Below are positions 43,614 to 52,272 of a DNA stretch of 62,182 bases, piece by piece (position 1 is the first letter of the stretch; each line of letters begins with the position of its first letter). Origin of the DNA: an uncultured Candidatus Nemicrothrix sp. (GTDB lineage Bacteria > Actinomycetota > Acidimicrobiia > Acidimicrobiales > MedAcidi-G1); NCBI GenBank assembly GCA_964456295.1, contig CAYWBE010000001.1:1-62182 (forward strand), read 5' to 3'. The position numbers were made by a program, and so were the translations under genes. The notes below the pieces were generated by a model. That model made no database searches and was not told the origin of the DNA. It saw only the letters and a program-made list of their open reading frames with translations.

Positions 43614-44866
43614 CGGGAGGCCTCCACCGGCAGATGGGCCACGCCGTTCACGAAGTTGGACGACACCGACTGCGGCTCACCGGCCAGCCGCAGCCGCAGG
43701 CCGCGGCGCAGCACCTCGGCCACCAGTTCGGCCAGCTCGATGCGGGCCAGCGAGGCGCCGAGGCAGAAGTGGGCGCCGCCCCCGCCGAAGGCCACGTGGC
43801 CCGGGACCCGGGGTCGTCCCACGTCGAAGGCCCGCGGATCGGCGAAGTGCGCCTCGTCGAAGTTGGCGCTGGCGTACCACATGACGACCTTGTCGCCCGC
43901 CGCCACCTCGGTGCCGGCCAGCACCGTGTCGACGGTGGCCGTGCGGCGGAAGTAGAGGATGGGCGAGGCGTGTCGCACCACCTCCTCCACGGCCCCGTCC
44001 AGCAGGTCGCCGTCGGCCCGCACCCGGTCGAACTGGTCCTCGTGCTCCACCAGGTGGACCGCCAGGTGGGCCATGGCCGACCGGGTGGTCTCGTTGCCGG
44101 CGAAGATCATCAGTTGGAAGAAACGGGCGTACTCGGTCTCGGTGAGCCGCTCGCCGTCCACCTCGGCCACCGCCAGTTGGGTGAGGAGGTCGTCGCGGGG
44201 GTTCGCCAACCGGTCCCGGCGGGCCCGACGGGCGTACTCCTCGACCCCGAAGGCCGCCGGGCTGTTGAAGGGGAGTTCCCGCAGCGGCTTGGTGTTTCCG
44301 TAGGCGCCGGGGTCCAACTCGGCCGACGAGGTGCCCTCCACCAGGTGGTCGGTCATCTCGATCATCAGGTCGTGGTCGGATTCGGGCACCCCCATGAGGG
44401 CGCAGATCACGCCGATGGGGATGGGGGCCGCCACCTCGGACACCCAGTCGCCGCCCCCGGCCGCCTCCAGGGCGTCGAGCCGCCCGCCGATGCGCCGCCG
44501 TACGTCGCCCACGTAGTCCTGGACGTGCTTCGGGGTGAAGGCCGAGCTGACCAGGCGTCGCAACCGGGTGTGGATGGGCGGGTCCAGGTCGATCATGGAC
44601 GCCCGGGCGTCGCGTACGTCCTCGTCCACGTCGTAGATCTGGATGTGGCCGACCGCCGACGAGAAGGTGGTGGTGTCCCGGGAGACGGCGACGAGGTCGT
44701 CGAGGCGGGTGACCGACCAGAAGGCGGAACCCCACGGCCCGTCCGGATTCCGCACCAGGCCGGGCGTGGCCCGCAGTTCGGCGAACCGTTCGTGCGGGAT
44801 GCCCCGGTCGTAGGTGGCCGGGTCGGCCAGGTCGGACCGGACCGCCGATCGCTCGATCGTGGTCAC
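43610..44866 (-). CDS. cytochrome P450 (no. 3), CYP125/124-like
   Basis: The start is set at GTG 44866, a GTGA overlap with the TTC38-like stop. FAGNETTRSA, EEVVRH, FGGGGAHFCLG. Confidence 0.9.
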   Translation of the reverse strand: MTTIERSAVRSDLADPATYDRGIPHERFAELRATPGLVRNPDGPWGSAFWSVTRLDDLVAVSRDTTTFSSAVGHIQIYDVDEDVRDARASMIDLDPPIHTRLRRLVSSAFTPKHVQDYVGDVRRRIGGRLDALEAAGGGDWVSEVAAPIPIGVICALMGVPESDHDLMIEMTDHLVEGTSSAELDPGAYGNTKPLRELPFNSPAAFGVEEYARRARRDRLANPRDDLLTQLAVAEVDGERLTETEYARFFQLMIFAGNETTRSAMAHLAVHLVEHEDQFDRVRADGDLLDGAVEEVVRHASPILYFRRTATVDTVLAGTEVAAGDKVVMWYASANFDEAHFADPRAFDVGRPRVPGHVAFGGGGAHFCLGASLARIELAELVAEVLRRGLRLRLAGEPQSVSSNFVNGVAHLPVEASR

Positions 44867-46131
44867 GCAGGGGCCTCCGTGGTGGTCGACTGGTCGGCGA
44901 GGCGCCGCGAGGCGGCACCCGTCCGGGCGAGCAGGTCGCGCTGGGCGTGGCTGCCGCCCACCCGGTGGGTGTCGGCGGCCAGCGCCGCGATGGCCGCGGC
45001 GGCCCGGTCGTGGCGACCGGACCGGTGGTCGCGGACCGCGACGGCCAGCGGGCGAACCACCTCGTCGAAGATCCGGGCGTTCTGGGAGCCGCCCCCGCGG
45101 TGGCAGGCCTCCAGCCCGTGCCAGAACGCCTCGGCCCCCGGATCGTCCGGACAGGCGGCGAAGGCCAGGGCGGCGTGCAGGTCGAGGAACCCGGTGGTGT
45201 GCAGCTGGTCCTGGCCACGCCATCCGGCGGCCAACGCCGGCCACCGGTCGCCCACGTCGCAGCCGGCCAGTTCCAGGCGCCAGAGCAGCGACGTGAGGTC
45301 GGCCAGCCCGAAGGCACGGTCGGTGTCGGGCAGCCGCTCGTCGACCAGCGCCAGGCACTCGTCGAAGGCCCCGTCGGCGAGGAGCCGCAGCGCCAGGTGC
45401 CACTCGATGTGCAGGGCCAGGTGGTCCCGTTCGATCCATTCGGGGCGGGTGCCGCGCAGGAAGGCCACGCCCTCGGCGGTGCGTTCCTGCATCTCGTACA
45501 CGTGGGCCAGGGCGTGGATCGCCCAGACGTCGACGGGGTCGACCTCGAGGGCCACGTGGGCGAAGCGTTCGGCGTCGGCGAAGCGACCGACCTCCTCGAG
45601 GGCGAAGGCGTGTTGGCCGGCGGCCACGCCGTAGCCCGGATCGCCGGGCCGGAGGCGACCGATCACCGCGGTGGTGGCCTGCAGTCGCCGGACGTCGTCC
45701 CCGACGTGGAGGTAGAGGTCGTGGGCGGCCTTCGTGGCCACCACGTCGTGGGGGTGGCGGGCCCCGATGTCGTCCCAACGGGCGGCCGCCGCGGTGAAGT
45801 CCCCGGCGACCAGCGTGGTGACCGCCGTGGCGTGCTCCCGTTCGCGTGGCGTCGCACCGCGACTCCGGGCCTCGAGGACCAGCAGGTCGTCCTGGACCTC
45901 GGCCGACTGCGGGTCCTCGCCCCCGAGGACCGCTCCGGTGAGGGTGACCACGAGGCCCATGACGAACCGGTCGTCGCCCGCGGTCAGGCCGTGGAGGCGT
46001 TCGTCCGGCTCGCCGCGGAAGTCGAGCACCTCGTCGATGGCCCGGTCCCACCCGTCCACGGTGGACGGATCGTCGACGGTGACGGCCTGGCCGAACCGGT
46101 CGCTCACCATCTCCTTCACGCCCTCCCCCAT
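44863..46131 (-). CDS. TTC38-family tetratricopeptide-repeat protein
   Basis: The start is taken at ATG 46131 (MGEGVKEM). DVWAIHALAHVYEMQERTAEG is the signature I associate with the TTC38 family. TACGGT lies 8 nt before the ATG. Confidence 0.68.
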   Translation of the reverse strand: MGEGVKEMVSDRFGQAVTVDDPSTVDGWDRAIDEVLDFRGEPDERLHGLTAGDDRFVMGLVVTLTGAVLGGEDPQSAEVQDDLLVLEARSRGATPREREHATAVTTLVAGDFTAAAARWDDIGARHPHDVVATKAAHDLYLHVGDDVRRLQATTAVIGRLRPGDPGYGVAAGQHAFALEEVGRFADAERFAHVALEVDPVDVWAIHALAHVYEMQERTAEGVAFLRGTRPEWIERDHLALHIEWHLALRLLADGAFDECLALVDERLPDTDRAFGLADLTSLLWRLELAGCDVGDRWPALAAGWRGQDQLHTTGFLDLHAALAFAACPDDPGAEAFWHGLEACHRGGGSQNARIFDEVVRPLAVAVRDHRSGRHDRAAAAIAALAADTHRVGGSHAQRDLLARTGAASRRLADQSTTTEAPA

Positions 46132-46174
46132 GTCCGCATACCGTATACGATAATGAACCAGGAATCGACACGGC

Positions 46175-46193
46175 CGAGGGCCGGCGGCCCTCG
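46175..46193 (-). terminator. 8-bp GC stem hairpin downstream of the ferredoxin gene
   Basis: cgagggcc-ggc-ggccctcg. It is followed, in the direction of transcription, by the AT-rich stretch 46129-46170, which contains the palindrome CGTATACG and the TTC38-operon -10. Confidence 0.4.
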
Positions 46194-46213
46194 ATCCTCC
46201 CGGATGGAGCCCC

Positions 46214-46438
46214 TCAGTCCTCCCGGATGGAGATGGCGCCGCTCGGGCAGCGGTCGACCAACTCGAGGGCACGGGCGCGAGGCAGGTCGGCCCCGTCGAC
46301 CACCCGCGAGATGGCGTCCTCGTCGCCGAGGCGGAACACGTCGGGCTCCAGCAGCTCGCACTGGCCGATGCCGATGCACCGGTCCTCGTCGACGGCCATC
46401 GACACCCGCTCCCCGCCCGTCCCGTCCGGTCCGGACAT
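46214..46438 (-). CDS. small [3Fe-4S]/[4Fe-4S] ferredoxin (P450 redox partner type)
   Basis: 74 aa. VDEDRCIGIGQCELLEPDVF...DRCPSGAISI shows the CxxGxxC...CP pattern. TGATG overlap with P450 no. 4. Confidence 0.8.
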   Translation of the reverse strand: MSGPDGTGGERVSMAVDEDRCIGIGQCELLEPDVFRLGDEDAISRVVDGADLPRARALELVDRCPSGAISIRED

Positions 46439-47700
46439 CAGGCCACCGCCAACTCGACCGCCGACACGCCGTGGACGAAGTTGGAGGCCAGGCGTTCCGC
46501 TGGGGCGCCGGGCGCCAGGACCACGTCACGGGCCAGCATCTCCTCCAGCAGGACCTGGACCTCCATGCGGGCCAGGAAGGCGCCGAGGCAGAAGTGCGGG
46601 CCGCCGCCGCCGAAGGCGAAGTGCGGGTTGTCCTGGCGGCCCACGTCGAACCGGTCCGGGTCGTCGAAGGCCTCGGGGTCCCGGTTGGCCCCGGCGTACC
46701 ACATGACCACCTTGTCGCCTTCGGCGATCCGGGTCCCCGCCAGCTCGACGTCGCGGCTGGCCGTGCGACGCATGTGCAGGATGGGGCTGGCCCACCGGAT
46801 GACCTCGTCCACCGCAGCGGGGACCAGCGACGTGTCCGCCTGGAGGCGCTCCCACTGGTCGGGATGCTCGGCGAAGGCCATGGCCCCGTGGATCATCGCC
46901 GTGCGGGTCGTCTCGTTGCCGGCGAACACCAGGAGCTGGAAGAAGTTGCGGTACTCGGCGGCGGTCAGGCGCTCGCCGTCGGCCTCGGCCTCCAGCAGGC
47001 CGGTCACCAGGTCGTCGCCCGGCTCGGCCATCCGCAACTGGCGCATCTTCTCCGCGTACTCGTACAGGGCGTGGCTGGCCGGGCTGTTGAAGGGCAGGAG
47101 CCGGGTCGGCGTGGCGTTGCCGTATGCGTCGTCGGGCAGCGTCGAACCCTCGCCGGTCCCCTCCACCAGGTAGTTGGTCAGCTCCACCATGTACTCGGCG
47201 TCCTCGGCCGGGACGCCGAGGATGGCCAGGATGACCCGGATGGGCAGCGGGGCGGCGACCTTCTCCACCCAGTCGCCCCCACCGTCGGCCACGTATCCCT
47301 CGACCAGCTCGGCGGCGATCCCGCGGGCCATCCCCTCCCACGTGCGGGTGGTGCGCGGCGTGAAGGCCTTCGACACCACGCGGCGAAGGCGGGTGTGGTC
47401 GGGGGCATCGGAGTCGATCAGCGACCGACGGGCCTCCAGTGCGTCGGCCTCCAGGTCCCACAGGTTGGTGTGGCCGATGGCCGACGAGAAGACGTCCGGG
47501 TTCTTGGACACCTCCCGGACGTCGGCGTGGCGGGTCACGGCCCAGAAGCCGCTTCGCTCGCCCTGGTCGCCGTAGGGGTGCCAGACCAGGCCGTCGACCT
47601 CCCGGATGGCGGCGAAGCCCTCGTGGGGGATGCCCTCCAGGTAGATCGACGGGCTGGCGATGTCGGCCGGGCTGGCCGGCCCCTTCGAGGTCTCCGCCAT
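46438..47700 (-). CDS. cytochrome P450 (no. 4), CYP125/124-like paralogue of no. 3
   Basis: The start is taken at ATG 47700 (MAETSKGP). FAGNETTRTA, DEVIRW, FGGGGPHFCLG. Confidence 0.9.
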   Translation of the reverse strand: MAETSKGPASPADIASPSIYLEGIPHEGFAAIREVDGLVWHPYGDQGERSGFWAVTRHADVREVSKNPDVFSSAIGHTNLWDLEADALEARRSLIDSDAPDHTRLRRVVSKAFTPRTTRTWEGMARGIAAELVEGYVADGGGDWVEKVAAPLPIRVILAILGVPAEDAEYMVELTNYLVEGTGEGSTLPDDAYGNATPTRLLPFNSPASHALYEYAEKMRQLRMAEPGDDLVTGLLEAEADGERLTAAEYRNFFQLLVFAGNETTRTAMIHGAMAFAEHPDQWERLQADTSLVPAAVDEVIRWASPILHMRRTASRDVELAGTRIAEGDKVVMWYAGANRDPEAFDDPDRFDVGRQDNPHFAFGGGGPHFCLGAFLARMEVQVLLEEMLARDVVLAPGAPAERLASNFVHGVSAVELAVA

Positions 47701-47735
47701 GGTGGTCCTCTCGTCCACGGAGCCGAGCCGGTGGC

Positions 47736-49094
47736 TCAGCTGAACTCCAGGTAGCGGGCCCGCTCCCAGTCGTTCACGTCGTCGGGGTCGGGGTTGTTCT
47801 CCGCCGCGTGGGCCTCCTCGACTCGGGCCAGGGAGGCGTAGCTGCGGGAGAACCCGTCTCCCAGCATCGACGCCAGGGCGCTGCCCTCGAACGCCTCGAT
47901 CGCCCCGGTCAGCGTGGTGGCCAGCGGCGTGCAGTCGCCGGGGTCGTCGTACATGTCGCCCTCGGACATGGGCGGCAGGGCCAGAGAGCGTTCGACCCCG
48001 TCGCACCCGGCGGCCAGGAGCCCGGCGATCAGCAGGTACGGGTTGGCGTCCGCTCCCGCGGCACGGAACTCCACCCGGTTGGCGGACGAGCCGGCCTCCA
48101 CGATGCACCGGGCCAACACCGACCGGTTGTCCAGGCCCCAGTGCACGTGGGTGGGGGCGAAGCTGTAGGGGCGAATCCGCCGGGGGCCGTTGGCCGTGGG
48201 GGCGCCCAGCAGGACGAGGGCCTCAGCGTGCTCGAGGATGCCAGCCACCCAGTGGCCCATGGGCTCGTTGGGGGCGCCGTCGCTGTCGGCGAAGGCGTTC
48301 GATCCGTCGGAGGCCCGCAGGCTGGTGTGGACGTGGAGGCCGGAGCCCGAATCCTCGGTGAAGGGCTTGGGCATGAAGGTGGCCCGCATCCCGTGCTGCT
48401 CGGCCACCTGCTTGACGACGGAGCGGTAGAGCACGAAGTCATCGGCGGCCCGCATGGCGTCGGTGGGCCCGGTGTTGACCTCGATCTGGCCCGGTCCGTA
48501 CTCCTGGTTGGACGACTCCACCTCGATGCCCGCCCCGGCCAGTCCGGCCCGCATGTCGGCCAGCACCACCTCCAGGTCTGGCGCGTCGGTCAGCGAGCTG
48601 TACTTGATGTACGAACGCACCGGAGTCCAGGCCCCGTCGTCGCCGACGGTGCACAGGTAGAACTCGGGCTCGGTGGCCACCACCGGGTCGACGCCGAGGA
48701 CCCGGCACCTCTCCACCTGGGCGGCCAGCAGGTCCCGGGGGGACAACTCGTGGGGGCCGGTGCCGTGCTCGTCGAGGCTGGAGCAGAAGACGAGGCCGTA
48801 GCCGGGCCGGTGGGTGAGGAGCCGGTGGGACTCCAGGTCGGGGACGATGCGGGTGTCGAGGAAGCCGCTGTCCATGTTCACCGTCGCGTGCTCGACGATG
48901 TCGTCGTCCATGCCCAGGATGTAGATGGCGTCGGCGATGGCCGCCCCGCCTTCGGCCACCTCGGCGAAGTAGCGGTCCACGGGGACCCTCTTGCCCCGCA
49001 GGTGGGCGAAGGTGTCGACCACCGCCACCTCGACGGTGTGGACGCCGGTCTCCTTGCACTTCGTGAGGAAGGTGTTGAGGTTCATCTGAGTCAT
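47736..49094 (-). CDS. glutamine synthetase-family gamma-glutamyl ligase (GS type I-like, PuuA/GlnA3-like)
   Basis: The start is taken at ATG 49094 (MTQMNLNTF). It has the beta-grasp N-terminal domain. SSNQEYGPGQIEVN, SGSGLHVHTSL and EFRAAGADANPYL are GS motifs. Confidence 0.87.
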   Translation of the reverse strand: MTQMNLNTFLTKCKETGVHTVEVAVVDTFAHLRGKRVPVDRYFAEVAEGGAAIADAIYILGMDDDIVEHATVNMDSGFLDTRIVPDLESHRLLTHRPGYGLVFCSSLDEHGTGPHELSPRDLLAAQVERCRVLGVDPVVATEPEFYLCTVGDDGAWTPVRSYIKYSSLTDAPDLEVVLADMRAGLAGAGIEVESSNQEYGPGQIEVNTGPTDAMRAADDFVLYRSVVKQVAEQHGMRATFMPKPFTEDSGSGLHVHTSLRASDGSNAFADSDGAPNEPMGHWVAGILEHAEALVLLGAPTANGPRRIRPYSFAPTHVHWGLDNRSVLARCIVEAGSSANRVEFRAAGADANPYLLIAGLLAAGCDGVERSLALPPMSEGDMYDDPGDCTPLATTLTGAIEAFEGSALASMLGDGFSRSYASLARVEEAHAAENNPDPDDVNDWERARYLEFS

Positions 49095-49173
49095 CTCTCT
49101 GCTCCCCGGGGCGTCGGCCCCGATCTGGCGGGTGGTCGGTGGGGCGGGTTCGTGGTTCGAATGGACTGGTCGA

Positions 49174-50160
49174 TCAGCCTGTGGGATCCAGGACGAGGCG
49201 GCTTCGCACGTCGCCGGCCCGGAGGCGCTCGTGGGCCCGTTGGGCCTCGGACAGGCCGAGGACCTCGACGGTGCCGACGACGTCCGGCTCCCGCCGGGCC
49301 AGACCGAGTAGCTCGTCCATCTGGGCCCGCGAGCCCCAGAAGCTGGACAGGAAGTGGGCCTCGTGGGGCACCGCGCCGAGGCCGAAGGGGATGCGTCCCC
49401 CGAACAGGCCCACGATGGCCACCAGGCCGCGGCGGCGGACCGACGAGGCGGCCAACGCCATCGTCGACTCGGCGCCGAGGAAGTCCAGCACCACGTCGGC
49501 GGTGCCCGGGTCGTCGTCCGGGCCGCACGAGGCGTGGGCACCGACCTCGAGCGCCGTGGCCTGCTTGGTCGGGTCGAGGTCGACGGCCACCACCTCTGCG
49601 TCGGTCAGGGCCCGCAGGTAGCGGATGGCGTACTGCCCGAGGCCACCGGCTCCGATGACCATGGCCCGGGGCGGTTCGCCGTGGCCGGCGGCCCGTTCCC
49701 GGAGGACGGGCAGCCCATGGTCGACGGCCCGGAAGGAGGTCAGGCCACCGCAGGCCAGGGGCGCCACGGCGAACGGGTCGAGGCCGTCCAGCGGGGAGAG
49801 GTAGTCCTCGGAGGGCACGGCCATCCGCTGGGCGTAGCCACCGTCGGCGAACAGGCCGGCCTCGGTGGCGTCCGGGCAGACCTGTTCGACGCCGTCCGCG
49901 CACTGGGCGCACGCCCGGCAGCCCCACGGGGCGTAGAGCATGACCGAACCGAGCCGGTCGTGGACGCCGGTCACCTCGTGGCCCAGCACCATTGGCAGCG
50001 GGCTGGGGAAGTCGCCGTCGACGACGTGCAGGTCGCTGTGGCACACCCCGCAGGCCGTCACCTCCAGCATCGTGCCGCCGTCGGCGACCACCGGCTCGGG
50101 GTGGTCGGTGGCGAGCCGCAGGTCGGCCCCCACCCCGTCACACACCACGGCACGCATCAT
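49174..50160 (-). CDS. zinc-dependent alcohol dehydrogenase (MDR family)
   Basis: 328 aa. GVCHSDLH, GHEVTGV, GAGGLGQYA. Confidence 0.88.
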   Translation of the reverse strand: MMRAVVCDGVGADLRLATDHPEPVVADGGTMLEVTACGVCHSDLHVVDGDFPSPLPMVLGHEVTGVHDRLGSVMLYAPWGCRACAQCADGVEQVCPDATEAGLFADGGYAQRMAVPSEDYLSPLDGLDPFAVAPLACGGLTSFRAVDHGLPVLRERAAGHGEPPRAMVIGAGGLGQYAIRYLRALTDAEVVAVDLDPTKQATALEVGAHASCGPDDDPGTADVVLDFLGAESTMALAASSVRRRGLVAIVGLFGGRIPFGLGAVPHEAHFLSSFWGSRAQMDELLGLARREPDVVGTVEVLGLSEAQRAHERLRAGDVRSRLVLDPTG

Positions 50161-50170
50161 GAGCCCCCCA

Positions 50171-51352
50171 TCAGTAGCTGCGCGGCATGCCCAGGACCTT
50201 CTCGCCGAGGTAGGTCAGGACCAGGTTGTTGCTGATCGGAGCGACCTTGTACAGGCGGGTCTCCCGGAGCTTCCGTTCGATGTCGTACTCCACGGCGAAG
50301 CCGAAGCCGCCGTGGGTGTCGAGCGCGGCGTTGCCGGCCGCCCACGAGGCCTCCGAGGCCAGCATCTTGGCCATGTTGGCCTCGGCGGCGCAGGACCGTT
50401 CGGCGTCGAACAGCTCGGCGGCCCGGTACCGCATGAGGTCGGCGGCCTGCAGGTCGGCGTAGGCCCGGGCCAGCGGGAACTGGACGCCCTGGTTGGCACC
50501 GATGGGGCGACCGAACACCGTCCGCTCCGAGGCGTAGGCCGAGGCCCGCTCCAGGAAGAACCGGCCGTCGCCGATGCACTCCGAGGCGATGAGGATCCTC
50601 TCGGCGTTCATCCCGTCGAGGACGTGGCGGAACCCCATGCCCTCGGTGCCGACGAGGGCATCGGCGGGCAGGACCAGGTCGTCGAAGAACACCTCGGTGG
50701 TGTTGTGGTTCATCATGGTGGGGATCGGGTTGATGGTCAGCCCGGGCGCCAGCCCACCGTCGTCGTCGCGCATCTCGACGAGGAAGACCGACAGGCCGTC
50801 GGTGTGGCGTTCGCACTCCTCGGCCGGCGTGGTCCGGGCCAGCAGCACCATCAGGTCGGAGTACAACGCTCGGCTGGTCCAGATCTTCTGGCCGTCGACC
50901 CGCCACGCGTCGCCGTCGCGCACGGCCCGGGTCCGGATGCTCCCGGTGTCGGAGCCGGCGGCCGGCTCGGTGACGCCGAACGCCTGGAGCCGTAGCTCGC
51001 CCGATGCGACGCGGGGCAGGTACTTCGACTTCTGCTCCTCGGAGCCGTGGCGGAGCACGGTGCCCATGACGTACATCTGGGCGTGGCAGGCCGCCGGATT
51101 GCCGCCACTGGCCGCGATCTCCTCGAGGACCACCGAGGCGCCGGTGAGGTCCAGGCCGCCACCGCCGTACTCCTCAGGGATCAGGGCGCCCAACCAGCCG
51201 TGGGCGGTCAGGTCGGCCACGAACTCCTCGGGATACCGATCGGGTTCGAGGCCCCGCCAGTACTCACAGCCGTACTTGTCGGCCAGTCGACGCACCTCGG
51301 TGCGGATGACGTCCAGGTCATCGCGGTCGGTGGGCTGGGCGCCGGCGATCAT
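50171..51352 (-). CDS. acyl-CoA dehydrogenase
   Basis: The start is taken at ATG 51352 (MIAGAQPTDRDD). VTEPAAGSDTGS and QKIWTSRA. 4-nt overlap with the GntR gene. Confidence 0.9.
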   Translation of the reverse strand: MIAGAQPTDRDDLDVIRTEVRRLADKYGCEYWRGLEPDRYPEEFVADLTAHGWLGALIPEEYGGGGLDLTGASVVLEEIAASGGNPAACHAQMYVMGTVLRHGSEEQKSKYLPRVASGELRLQAFGVTEPAAGSDTGSIRTRAVRDGDAWRVDGQKIWTSRALYSDLMVLLARTTPAEECERHTDGLSVFLVEMRDDDGGLAPGLTINPIPTMMNHNTTEVFFDDLVLPADALVGTEGMGFRHVLDGMNAERILIASECIGDGRFFLERASAYASERTVFGRPIGANQGVQFPLARAYADLQAADLMRYRAAELFDAERSCAAEANMAKMLASEASWAAGNAALDTHGGFGFAVEYDIERKLRETRLYKVAPISNNLVLTYLGEKVLGMPRSY

Positions 51353-52197
51353 CCGACACCCTCCCCGAGGTCGGCCTCGGGGTCGTCGTCCGAGTCGAAG
51401 AAGCCACGGGCGGCCAGCTCGGCGGCCGCCGCCTCGCCACTGGCCTGGAGATGGGCCTCCATGGCCCGACGTGCCTCTTCGACGTCGCCGGCGGCGATGG
51501 CGTCGAGGATGGCCGCGTGGTGCTCGACCGCGACGCGGTTCCATCCGTCGGCGAACTCGTAGTAGCTGGTGGGGACGGAGTGCTCGAGGTGGCGCAGGAG
51601 CCAGCGGGTCCGTCCCGGGGCGGCCAGGTTGATGAGGCGATGGAAGTCGTGGTTGAGCTGCTGGAGGTCGTCCGGGTCCAACGCACCGCCGTCGGACCCC
51701 GCGGCCAGGAAGCTGGCGTGGACGTCGCGGAGCTCGGCCAGGCCCTCGGCGTCGAGGCCCTCGGCGGCCAGGGCGGCGGCCCGTCCCGCCACCACGCCGA
51801 AGAGGGCGTAGTGGTCGACGATGTCCTCCCGTGACAGGCGGGCCACCGACGCCCCCCGGCGGGGAGTCAACTCGACGAGGCCCTCGCGGCTCAGGACGAC
51901 CAGCGCCTCCCGGATGGGGCTGCGGCTCACGTCGAGCGCCTCGCTGATCGCCTGCTGGTCGACCTTCTCGCCCGAGCGCAGGGTGCCGGTCAGGATCAAC
52001 TCGCGGACGTAGTCGACGACCTCCTCGCCCAGGACGCCCCGCCGTCTGGAAGCGGGTGTGCGAGCGGGGTACCGTGATGGACGGTCGACGTCGCCCCGCT
52101 CCACGCCTTCCTGGACGGTGGTGGGCTCCACGGGTCCTCTCGGTGTCACCAGGGGGCCGGTTGCCACCCTTCTCGCAACTTTGAATACATTATTCAT
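51349..52197 (-). CDS. GntR-family regulator (FCD subfamily); start uncertain
   Basis: wHTH QQAISEALDVSRSPIREALVVLSREGLV plus an FCD-like domain. 52197 is the maximal ATG. Its first codons (AAT AAT GTA TTC AAA) are AT-rich and overlap the palindrome, so an in-frame GTG 30-70 nt downstream (for example 52167) is more likely. Confidence 0.75.
   Translation of the reverse strand: MNNVFKVARRVATGPLVTPRGPVEPTTVQEGVERGDVDRPSRYPARTPASRRRGVLGEEVVDYVRELILTGTLRSGEKVDQQAISEALDVSRSPIREALVVLSREGLVELTPRRGASVARLSREDIVDHYALFGVVAGRAAALAAEGLDAEGLAELRDVHASFLAAGSDGGALDPDDLQQLNHDFHRLINLAAPGRTRWLLRHLEHSVPTSYYEFADGWNRVAVEHHAAILDAIAAGDVEEARRAMEAHLQASGEAAAAELAARGFFDSDDDPEADLGEGVG
52182..52196. promoter_or_regulatory. 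perfect palindrome TGAATA-cat-TATTCA in the divergent GntR / PuuD-like region
   Basis: A 6-3-6 inverted repeat inside the only AT-rich stretch of this intergenic region. It is a candidate GntR operator. Confidence 0.5.
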
Positions 52198-52272
52198 TTG
52201 ACGGCCGTCCCGCAAGATCTGGGGAGTCGGGGTTTCGAGGGAGCCGGACGCTCCCGGGGAGGACGAGGACCG

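Noticed and set aside
43610-47754. Very long read-through ORFs (853 aa on the minus strand, 666 aa and 935 aa on the plus strand) across the P450/TTC38/ferredoxin region
   Set aside because: Only the C-terminal 418 aa of the 853-aa ORF are P450-like. The remainder and the plus-strand ORFs are low-complexity shadows overlapping four genes with clear signatures.
49095-49173. tRNA-like string ggttcgaatgg in the GS-like/ADH intergenic spacer
   Set aside because: The flanks cgtgg / ggact cannot form a T-arm stem, and no acceptor or anticodon arms can be drawn. It is not a tRNA.
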